Source: Candidatus Nanohalobium sp. (GTDB lineage: Archaea > Nanohalarchaeota > Nanosalinia > Nanosalinales > Nanosalinaceae). From it: a stretch of DNA of 64,000 nt. Positions within the stretch are counted from its first letter, which is position 1. Every line of letters starts with the position of its first letter. Below the pieces are notes generated by a model. The model ran no database searches. It saw only the letters and a program-made list of their open reading frames with translations, and was not told where the DNA came from. Shown piece by piece: positions 56,771 through 64,000 of this stretch. The stretch covers positions 865-64,864 of the forward strand of contig JBDGSL010000033.1 in the NCBI GenBank assembly GCA_042217555.1, given 5' to 3'. Both the position numbers and the translations under genes were made by a program.

Positions 56771-57350
56771 TCCATTCGATGCTTTCTCCTCTCCCGGGTT
56801 TCGATTCTTCTGTGTCTTTTTCCTCGTTTTCTTCTTCCATGTCTTCTGTTTCTTGTTTGAATCTCTGGCTTTCAGGGTGTGGCTCGACCTTCTCTGCTTC
56901 AAAGTTTGGAGTTACGGAGTTCATCTCTCCCTGTATCTCCCGAAGTCTGTCCTGATCCTGAAGTTCTTCGCGGTGCTGGAAGATTGCTCCTGTCGGCGTC
57001 CCTGCATTTTCATCCTCCTCGAACCGTGGAAATATCTGTATGTATGCGTGTGGCAGCATCTGCCCTCCGGCCTCCTTCACGTTCATAGTAATAGAGACTC
57101 CGTCAGCTCCCAGGCCGTCGATAGCTTTCTGAACTGTTTCACGTGTCAGGGTCATTGCTTCGTGGTACTCTCCCGGTGAGAACTCCAGTATGGATTCTTT
57201 GTGTTCCTTGGGGACGACGTTGGCGTGGCCTCTTGCCCGTGGCTGCACTTCAAGCCATGCGTAGAAGTTTTCCGTCTCCCCTACTGTTATCAACTGTTCC
57301 GGGTTCTCTATCAACTGGCAGAAAGGACACTGATCGCCTTGAGGTGGCAT
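56766..57350 (-). CDS. HIT-family protein with altered triad (HAYIQ)
   Basis: CPFC, RGHANVVPKEH, AGGQMLPHAYIQIFPRF; acidic tail. Confidence 0.85.
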   Translation of the reverse strand: MPPQGDQCPFCQLIENPEQLITVGETENFYAWLEVQPRARGHANVVPKEHKESILEFSPGEYHEAMTLTRETVQKAIDGLGADGVSITMNVKEAGGQMLPHAYIQIFPRFEEDENAGTPTGAIFQHREELQDQDRLREIQGEMNSVTPNFEAEKVEPHPESQRFKQETEDMEEENEEKDTEESKPGRGESIEWM

Positions 57351-57386
57351 AAAACAGTTTTTCTGACCGATAGGTTTTATAGCTTT

Positions 57387-58073
57387 TTAGATGAAACGCG
57401 GCGTATCCCTCATGTACTCTCTGTAACTTTCTCCGAACTCCTTCACTGCCTCTCTTTCTTCTTCCCTGCTTAACCTGTAGTACTCGTAGACTACGATAGG
57501 TAGGAGCAAACCGGTTAAGGGAGTAGGCCATCCTACAAACCAACCGAAGGAGATCAGTATGATACCCAGGTACTGCGGATGCCGTGAAAAACGGTAGATA
57601 CCGTTCCTGGCCAGACCCTCCGCGTTGTAAACCGTGTACCAACCCAGTGCAACGACTCCACACCCCAGTAAAGTTATGACTAAACCTATCAGCATCCACA
57701 GGTTCAGAGCAAAACCTGCAAAGCTGAACAGAAAACCTGGTACCTGGCCCGATGAAGGCATCGAGACAAGGGCCGAAGACAGATAAACCGTCAACGGCAA
57801 ACCGTACATCTCGACAAACAGGGAGATCAGGAAAGCAGTGTAGATCCCGGCACTTCTCCAGTCCGCCTTCCTCCTGTATCTAAGCGGCAGCAAGAACAGA
57901 AGAAAGAACACGGTGCTTCCCATGACCAGAAGCCAGGCATCCTGCTTCATGAAAAACCTGATCTGCCCTGAAAGAAAGAACTTCAAGTGCCGGTAGAACG
58001 ACGGGAGGGAAACCACTGCAAGAAGAAACAGTGACAACGCGACAAAACCCCGCCTGTCAAAAGAAAGACTCAT
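57387..58073 (-). CDS. isoprenylcysteine carboxyl methyltransferase/PEMT-like membrane protein
   Basis: Multi-TM; GIYRFSRHPQYLG..EEE..FG..Y.EY....PRF. Confidence 0.8.
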   Translation of the reverse strand: MSLSFDRRGFVALSLFLLAVVSLPSFYRHLKFFLSGQIRFFMKQDAWLLVMGSTVFFLLFLLPLRYRRKADWRSAGIYTAFLISLFVEMYGLPLTVYLSSALVSMPSSGQVPGFLFSFAGFALNLWMLIGLVITLLGCGVVALGWYTVYNAEGLARNGIYRFSRHPQYLGIILISFGWFVGWPTPLTGLLLPIVVYEYYRLSREEEREAVKEFGESYREYMRDTPRFI

Positions 58074-58101
58074 AAAGAAAAATTAGAGAGAAACAGGTTT
58101 T

Positions 58102-58407
58102 TTACATTGGCGGCATATCGTCATCCGGCATACTCCCCGGGCCTCCAGCACCAGGACCTTCCATCCCAGGATCATCCATCATCGTACCGCCGGAATCTTC
58201 CTCAACCTTCTCCATAAGCTCTCTGACCTCTTCGATAAGGTTTTCAAGCTCTCTCTCAGAGTCAGCCTCCTGAAGCTTGGTCTCAAGCTGCGAAACCTTG
58301 GTCCTGAGTTCCCGTGCTGCTTTACCGGTACCACCGAACGTTTCCAACGTCATCTCAGCTGAGTCAAGCACTGCCTCAGCCTCCTGCCGTTTCTCTTCCA
58401 GTGACAT
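58102..58407 (-). CDS. hypothetical coiled-coil protein with Gly/Pro/Met tail
   Basis: ORF from ATG 58407. Confidence 0.65.
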   Translation of the reverse strand: MSLEEKRQEAEAVLDSAEMTLETFGGTGKAARELRTKVSQLETKLQEADSERELENLIEEVRELMEKVEEDSGGTMMDDPGMEGPGAGGPGSMPDDDMPPM

Positions 58408-58522
58408 GTTACAGTCACAACACAACTGCACTTTTAAAGGTTTGGAAATCCAGCAGGTAGAAACTTCAGAAAAGAGCTTAAAGCAAAAATAGTTAAAAGG
58501 AAGAAATTGAAACACGGAGAGC

Positions 58523-58876
58523 TTAATCAGCGATCTCTCCGAAGGCAAACTTGTTCCCTACCGAAGTAATCTCTACGTCATAGCTCTCATCTACTTCTCC
58601 ACCAGGAACAAATACTACAAAGCCTTCAACTCTTGCAATACCATCGCCTTTACTTCCCAGGTCTTCTATCTCTAACTCAACGATTTCTCCCTCGGAAACA
58701 GGCTTGTCAAACTCCTGTTCTTCCTCCTCTTCCTGAGAACTATCACGGCCTTCTTCCTGAGGCTCACCTTCCTCCTCAACCGGTTCATCCTCAACGGGCT
58801 CCTCAACAGGCTCTTCAGAGTTTTCATCATCTTCAAACTGCGCATCAAAATCGTCATCCTCAAAATCTTCTACCAT
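58523..58876 (-). CDS. TRAM-domain RNA-binding protein with acidic N-terminus
   Basis: EGEIVELEIEDLGSKGDGIARVEGFVVFVPG..VEITSV..FAFGE. Confidence 0.9.
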   Translation of the reverse strand: MVEDFEDDDFDAQFEDDENSEEPVEEPVEDEPVEEEGEPQEEGRDSSQEEEEEQEFDKPVSEGEIVELEIEDLGSKGDGIARVEGFVVFVPGGEVDESYDVEITSVGNKFAFGEIAD

Positions 58877-59063
58877 AAGTAAATCACGTTAAACTGTAAC
58901 AAAAAAGAAAAAGTTGAAACTTAAAAAGTCGACATTGATATCGCCCTCGCGTATCAAACACAAACCAACAGATAATAGAAAAAGAAATTTTTCTGAGACT
59001 CTTACAGACCTCCAGGAATAGGGCGCTTCTACTTATTGACCTTTTTCATGCCTCTGATTTCAA

Positions 59064-59381
59064 CTAATCTACGTTCAAGTCTCTGAGTCTTTTCTCTACT
59101 TCTTTCAGATCTTCTCTGCTGTAGGCGTAGTCTCTGTGCCTGACTGCGAATACTGTTAGTTCTGAGTCTACGAAGTCGAAGTAGATTCTGTGGTTGAAGT
59201 TGTTTTCCGTCAGTTTTAGCCTATGGAATTCTATGCCGAACTGCGGTTTGTGGATGTAGCTGATCTTGTCCTGATCTCTGTCTTCTCCTAATCTTTCTTC
59301 TACGTGATCAAGGAGGCCTTCTCTCGTTTCCAGTTCAAACCCTTTCAGGTCCTGTTTGGCCTCTGAGGTTATTTCGACCAT
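59064..59381 (-). CDS. RelE/ParE-like toxin
   Basis: VEITSEAKQDLK..HRLKL..HRIYF..VFAVRHRD.AY. Confidence 0.7.
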   Translation of the reverse strand: MVEITSEAKQDLKGFELETREGLLDHVEERLGEDRDQDKISYIHKPQFGIEFHRLKLTENNFNHRIYFDFVDSELTVFAVRHRDYAYSREDLKEVEKRLRDLNVD

Positions 59382-59620
59382 TATGTAATCTCCTCTCTGA
59401 CTTCTTCCAAGGACTGAGTCTCTACATCTCCCTGCTTGAGTTTGATAGCCCGGAGCAGCAGTTCAGGATCTATCTCATTGTCCTCTTCTATCTTCTCTCT
59501 CAGAGCCTGTCGGATGTACTCTGAAGGACTCTTGAAATTCTTTCTCTCAGCAGTCTCCTTTATCTCATCTTTCAGTCCTTCCGGAACATCCACACTTATT
59601 CTTGCCATCTCAAATCCCAC
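59381..59620 (-). CDS. ribbon-helix-helix (CopG-like) antitoxin
   Basis: RISVDVPEGLKDEIK..FKSPSEYIRQALRE; 1-nt overlap with the toxin gene. Confidence 0.8.
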   Translation of the reverse strand: MGFEMARISVDVPEGLKDEIKETAERKNFKSPSEYIRQALREKIEEDNEIDPELLLRAIKLKQGDVETQSLEEVREEIT

Positions 59621-59689
59621 CTCTTATATGATGCCAGTGTGAGAAAGATATTAAAATCTTGGTGTTATGTGTCGGGTTCCTTCAGCTCG

Positions 59690-60424
59690 AGATTTCCTTC
59701 ATCGCTGATTTTCCACTCGAGTTCCTGGCCTCCAGGAAGATCCACAGAGTTCAGATGTGAACTACCTCAACCTAACTCGCTCAAGCTGACGCTTTCGCTT
59801 CGTGAGGAAGGGGCTTGTCAGTGAACTCTTCTCCTAACCCATGACTGGGTAGGCGGTGTGGTCGCCGTTCAGATTCACCGTTCCTGACTTCAGAGCCAGT
59901 TGACCGTGGCTCTTCCACATCTTCCACAGCTCTACCTATTATGCTGTAGGCGGCGTTGTAGCTCATCTGATTTTCGTAACTAGATCTGAAGATGTATGCG
60001 TCAGGATCAGTCCTTTTCCAAAACACTGTAGTCGAGAAAAAGTCTGTAAGGCGTTCTCCATCTATATATTCCCGCTTGCTTTCCAGGAAGTCGCCGCACA
60101 TTTTCTTCAAGGCCTTCTTGTACTCCATTTTAGTACGGTCACTTAGTTCTCTATCCCTGATTCTGTCCTTGTTTATACCAGCTACTAGATCGGTCATGTT
60201 GTCCTTGAGGTCTCATCTATTTTCCAGGAGATATGTTCGGTGAACCTCTTCCAGGCATAGAGATATCTTGATATCCTGTCTATGGAAAGTCCCTGAACAT
60301 CCAGAAATCTCTTGAACTACGTTATAATCTCTTTATTATGGTCTTGGATTCTGCTGGACTCTTCTATAGCTTTTAGAGTGTTCTCGATCTTGTCTTTTCG
60401 GCTGTGGATGTCGCCTTGACTCAT
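59690..60424 (-). pseudogene. decayed tyrosine integrase
   Basis: ATG 60424, TAG at codon 36, frameshift, deletions; SDRTKMEYKKALKK and DPDAYIF match SAKTKMEYKSAIKR and NPDAYLF of the 22239-23585 integrase. Confidence 0.8.
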
Positions 60425-60482
60425 GTTTCTCAGTTCTCCACCCACTTTTAGTTGTGACCGAATTATCTTTCAGAAATGATTA

Positions 60483-60800
60483 CGCCGGCGCCCGGATTAC
60501 TGAACGAACTGCCAGACGAAGCAGTTCACAGTTCTAAAAAAGAAACCTGAAAGCCATGACTTTTGCATGGCTTCTTGCGTGTGTTGAAGACCGGATGGTC
60601 TTCTGCTCAAGAAGATCAGTTGCCTGATCTTCGGGAACTCAGCGTCGAAGACTTCGTCGGAAGTCTTCTCGAAGCAGATCCGGAGATCTGCGGTAACGAG
60701 TTCGCCGGCGCCCGGATTTGAACCCGAAGCTCGCCGCACCGGGAGGTTCTCACATCAAATCCAAGCTTAGGCGTGAAACGCCGGCGCCCGGATTTGAACC
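60483..60800. repeat. three copies of the tRNA-Ser 3' end bracketing a six-hairpin cassette
   Basis: CGCCGGCGCCCGGATTTGAACC at 60779-60800 and 60703-60724; 16 bp of it at 60483-60498. Confidence 0.88.
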
Positions 60801-61002
60801 GGGGAGGGACGGGTATGTCCCAGCAGATACTTCGGAAACTTCTGAAAGTTTCATCATCATAAACCGCACTCCGCCTTGCTCCGGCGGCTTCCGGTTTACT
60901 CTGCGCATCTGCCGAAAGCCATGCATCGCATGGTTTGACATGATCGAACTTTGTGAAGTTCGCTCGAATCTGCCGCGTTCAGCCAGACTCTGCCACGCCG
61001 GC
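60779..61002 (-). tRNA. tRNA-Ser(CGA) with 134-nt intron (60829-60962) at 37/38
   Basis: GCCGGCG/CGCCGGC acceptor, GCAGA-TTCGAG|A-TCTGC, long variable arm GGGAC/GTCCC; TTCG/CGAA BHB helix; mature 90 nt. Confidence 0.92.
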
Positions 61003-61073
61003 TGTTTTTGGCCGTGTTTCTCTTGTGGTTGGGAAAAGCTATTAAAGGAGTTGTGTTTGTTGGTTTTTGTGTT

Positions 61074-61730
61074 ATGGATTATGGATCTGTAGTTTTTGAC
61101 ATGGATGGAGTTATTTTGAACTCTGTGAAGAGTGATGACTGGAAGTACAGGGCTACGCGTAAGGCTTTAAGCGAGCTGGGTGTTGAAGAAGATTTTGACC
61201 GTGAGACCTTGGGCTGTGTGCTGGGTGATCAGGGTTACGAGGAGTGTGTACGTGTCTGTGGTGAAATAGGTGTTGATCCGCGGAAGGCGTGGAACCTGGT
61301 GGCCGAGAAGACAAGTCAGGCCCGTATGAGAGAGATTGAGGAAAGGGATTTTGGCTTGATTGACGGTAGCAGGGAAGTGCTGGATGAGTTGAAGAAGGAG
61401 CAGGTTAAGCTTGGTGTTATCAGTAATGCTCCTGATCAAGCAGTCGAGATGGTTGTAGACCACTTCGATCTGAGACGTTACTTCAAGTTTTTCCGTGGTG
61501 TTCAGAGTTTTGAAGACCTGAAAGCTCGAAAACCGCATCCTAACCACCTGGAGCTGGCGAAGTTCCAGTTGAAACGTGATCCCTTCCTGTACGTCGGCGA
61601 TCATGAAAGCGATGTTGAAGCAGCTATACACGCCGATATGGACTCTGTCTGGGTGCATCCCGAGAACCATGAAGAACCAACATATACAGTGGAGGATCTA
61701 CGTGAGCTTGTTGACCTGATGACGCAATAA
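61074..61730 (+). CDS. HAD-superfamily hydrolase
   Basis: FDMDGV, ISN, KPHP, VGDHESD. Confidence 0.92.
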   Translation: MDYGSVVFDMDGVILNSVKSDDWKYRATRKALSELGVEEDFDRETLGCVLGDQGYEECVRVCGEIGVDPRKAWNLVAEKTSQARMREIEERDFGLIDGSREVLDELKKEQVKLGVISNAPDQAVEMVVDHFDLRRYFKFFRGVQSFEDLKARKPHPNHLELAKFQLKRDPFLYVGDHESDVEAAIHADMDSVWVHPENHEEPTYTVEDLRELVDLMTQ

Positions 61731-61773
61731 AAAAGAAAGAGTTTCAAAAGGTTTCTATTTCTGTTTTTTGTCT

Positions 61774-62742
61774 ATGGCCGGTGAGGTATGCAGTATCTGT
61801 GGAGAGGAAGCGGTTGTAAGCCGTGAGTATGAGGGCCGTAGCCTGTGCCGTAAGCATTTTTCTATTGATGTGAACAGGACTGTGAAGCAGACGATTCGTG
61901 AGGGAGACATGGTTGAGTCCGGTGATACTATTGCTGTAGGCCTGTCGGGTGGAAAGGATTCTGCAGTTCTTCTTGAACAACTGGTTGATATCTTCGGTGA
62001 ACGCCCTGATATAGAGATTGTGGGTGTCGCAGTGCATGAAGGGATTGATGAGTACCGTGATGAGTCGATAAGTGCTGCAGAGAAGCTGTGTGACGAGCTA
62101 GGAGTGAAGCTTGAGGTCGGAAGGTACAGTGACTACTATGATTTGAAGATGGATGATGTGGCGGATGCAGGTGAGAAAGGGAACTGTACTTACTGCGGTA
62201 TCTTCCGTAGAGACCTTTTGAACCGTTTGGCACGTGAAGTTGACGCGGATAAGATCGCTATAGGCCATAACCTGGATGATGAGGCTCAGGCAATCATGAT
62301 GAACCATATTAAAGGCGACATGAAAAGATTGGCGCGTATAGGGCCGAAGGATGATCCTGCTGACCATGAACTGTTTGTGGAGAGGATCAAGCCTCTCCGC
62401 GATGTAATGGAGAAGGAGGTTGCGCTTTACTCCCGGCTTCACGACCTGGGTGTTATCGACCGGTGTCCTCATGTCCAGGAGTCGACTCTGAGGCCAATGG
62501 TCAAAAGTTTTCTCAACAAGCTTGAGTCCAGGATGCCGGGTATCAAGTATTCTATAGTTTCGCAGGGCCGTGAAATCTCTGATCTTGTCGAGGAGGAGAT
62601 AGACTGGAGTGATAAAGAGATAGAGACCTGTGAGAGATGTGGTGAACCATGCTCTGGAGGACTGTGCAGGAAGTGCCAGCTACTGGATGAGATAAAGGAG
62701 GCTGCGGACAGGTCTGATGAACACAGCTTTGAGAAAGATTAG
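61774..62742 (+). CDS. ttuA: tRNA 2-thiolation protein (TtuA/Ncs6, TIGR00269-like)
   Basis: N-terminal CxxC..C..H, SGGKDS, CTYCGIFRR, GHNLDDE, RIKPL, C-terminal CxxC..CxxC. Confidence 0.85.
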   Translation: MAGEVCSICGEEAVVSREYEGRSLCRKHFSIDVNRTVKQTIREGDMVESGDTIAVGLSGGKDSAVLLEQLVDIFGERPDIEIVGVAVHEGIDEYRDESISAAEKLCDELGVKLEVGRYSDYYDLKMDDVADAGEKGNCTYCGIFRRDLLNRLAREVDADKIAIGHNLDDEAQAIMMNHIKGDMKRLARIGPKDDPADHELFVERIKPLRDVMEKEVALYSRLHDLGVIDRCPHVQESTLRPMVKSFLNKLESRMPGIKYSIVSQGREISDLVEEEIDWSDKEIETCERCGEPCSGGLCRKCQLLDEIKEAADRSDEHSFEKD

Positions 62743-62811
62743 AAAGCAGCAGTGAACTTCCTGGAGAAATGTCTGGTTTTTTATTTGATTACGTTAAACT
62801 ACTTTTTCTGT

Positions 62812-63069
62812 ATGGTCTACGAAGTCAAGTGTGATAACTGTGGAGAGCTTATAGATTTTGGAGGGCACGACCCTGACGAAGAGTTAGGCCCTGAGACAAA
62901 GCTTCCGGAGAACGCCATCCGTTTCGACGGCAGTGTCTACTGTGAGAACTGTGTGGAACGTTTCGTGCAGTTCGGCATAGGAGACGTTGAGGACAAGGTT
63001 GAGTTCCTGATGAACCAGATGAAGGAAGTAAGAGAAGAACTGGGACTGGAGAAAGGTCAGAGACTGTAA
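62812..63069 (+). CDS. small Zn-finger hypothetical protein
   Basis: CDNC..CENC. Confidence 0.7.
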   Translation: MVYEVKCDNCGELIDFGGHDPDEELGPETKLPENAIRFDGSVYCENCVERFVQFGIGDVEDKVEFLMNQMKEVREELGLEKGQRL

Positions 63070-63070
63070 T

Positions 63071-63439
63071 CTATCTTTCCTCTATAGCCTCACTTGTCCT
63101 TTCTATCTTGGCATATTCAGGAGTTACAACTATCCACTCCTCATCCACTCCTGCTATATCACCGTCTACCGCTCTAACAGTCTTCTTCAATCTTTTGACC
63201 GCCCTCTTCAGTTTTGTCATGTCCCGTGACTTAAGCGGTTTGATGTTGACCCATACGATGTTGTCATCTCTAAGGTTTTCCTGTACATCCTCCACATCGT
63301 CAAGCTCCTGAAGTGTTTCAGCCCTTACAACAACCTGATCCTGTTGATTCGAGGGTTTGGCCTCAAGCTCGACGAAGTCTTCCTCGACCACGTCCTCATC
63401 TCCGTTTTCATCATCCTTGTTCAAGAATCCCAGCGGCAT
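63071..63439 (-). CDS. sepF: cell division protein SepF
   Basis: NIVWVNIKPL..LKRAVKRLKKTV..VDGDIAG..IVVTP. Confidence 0.9.
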   Translation of the reverse strand: MPLGFLNKDDENGDEDVVEEDFVELEAKPSNQQDQVVVRAETLQELDDVEDVQENLRDDNIVWVNIKPLKSRDMTKLKRAVKRLKKTVRAVDGDIAGVDEEWIVVTPEYAKIERTSEAIEER

Positions 63440-63601
63440 ATTTTGATTACCTCTTAGTTAAACCTGGCTGTCGGATTTTTTTATAGCTTTTCTAAAACCA
63501 GGTTTCCCTACCTCCAGAAACAGTAGTAAACACAGAACCACGGATCAAAAAGAAACGAAAGGGGAATCAGTAAAAAAGAACCAGGAAAGAAAAAAGATGG
63601 T

Positions 63602-63844
63602 TCAGTCCAGGCCTTCAACCTTTGAGGCCAGGTTCCATATCTCCGTCCTGGTATGCTGACGGATGTTTGGATCATTACTTACCTCGTCAAGCAGGGACGA
63701 GGCAGAGTTAACCCTGACAGAAAGATCCCTGTCATCATCTTCAAGCTCCGATGCGGCATCCTCCAGCATGTCTGAAACATTGGAAGGTATAGACTCTTTC
63801 TCAGCCATGTCACGCATCTGCTGTACCACGCTATCTAAAGACAT
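63602..63844 (-). CDS. UPF0147 family protein
   Basis: IPSNV..A...L..DLSVRVNSASSLLDEVSNDPNIRQHTRTEIWNLAS.VE. Confidence 0.9.
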   Translation of the reverse strand: MSLDSVVQQMRDMAEKESIPSNVSDMLEDAASELEDDDRDLSVRVNSASSLLDEVSNDPNIRQHTRTEIWNLASKVEGLD

Positions 63845-64000
63845 CAGTTAAATCACACTCCACCAAAAAAACAGGTTATTCAAGCAGAAGAAAGGAAGAA
63901 AAACGGAGAGGGAGGAAACCTTGGAATCTTATCCAGGCCTCCCTCTCCTTTACAAAAAAACGGTTCTTCCCTCCTTTCTTCTGCTTTTTTTACTGCATAT

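Larger units (their letters stand above)
59064..60778. mobile_element. decayed integrative element at tRNA-Ser (att remnants, integrase pseudogene, RelBE-like pair)
   Basis: att-like duplications, integrase remnant and TA cargo; left boundary approximate. Confidence 0.65.

Noticed and set aside
60829-60962. Box C/D guide RNA in the introns (as in haloarchaeal tRNA-Trp)
   Set aside because: The Ser intron has AUGAUGA but no CUGA D box (only CCGA); the other three introns show neither box

Overview
Archaeal window with a strongly acidic (Glu/Asp-rich) proteome, CCA-less tRNA genes and psmB-aCPSF1 and sepF-UPF0147 synteny, most consistent with a Nanohaloarchaeota (DPANN) genome (inference). About 1-23.7 kb is an integrative defence island whose tyrosine integrase abuts the 3' end of tRNA-Leu(CAG). 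It carries McrBC, an Eco57I-like adenine methyltransferase coupled to a PLD-SNF2 helicase, an Mrr-like nuclease, an unassigned two-gene PD-(D/E)XK module, a PIN toxin, MNT-HEPN, and a second AddAB-like helicase-nuclease set. About 24-64 kb is mostly core genes (trxB, rmuC, AddAB-like pair, proS, psmB, aCPSF1, dinB, htpX, cysS, ileS, ttuA, sepF), plus decayed HEPN-MNT modules and a decayed integrase/RelBE element at tRNA-Ser. The most unusual signal is non-coding. All four tRNA genes (Leu, Arg, Gly, Ser) carry long 37/38 introns (60-134 nt), three of them built of short hairpins. Related hairpin modules recur in arrays bracketed by repeated tRNA 3' ends, and as in-frame insertions in ProRS and in an AddA-like helicase. 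This suggests an undescribed family of tiny mobile palindromic cassettes. All alignments and counts were done by eye; no database searches were run.
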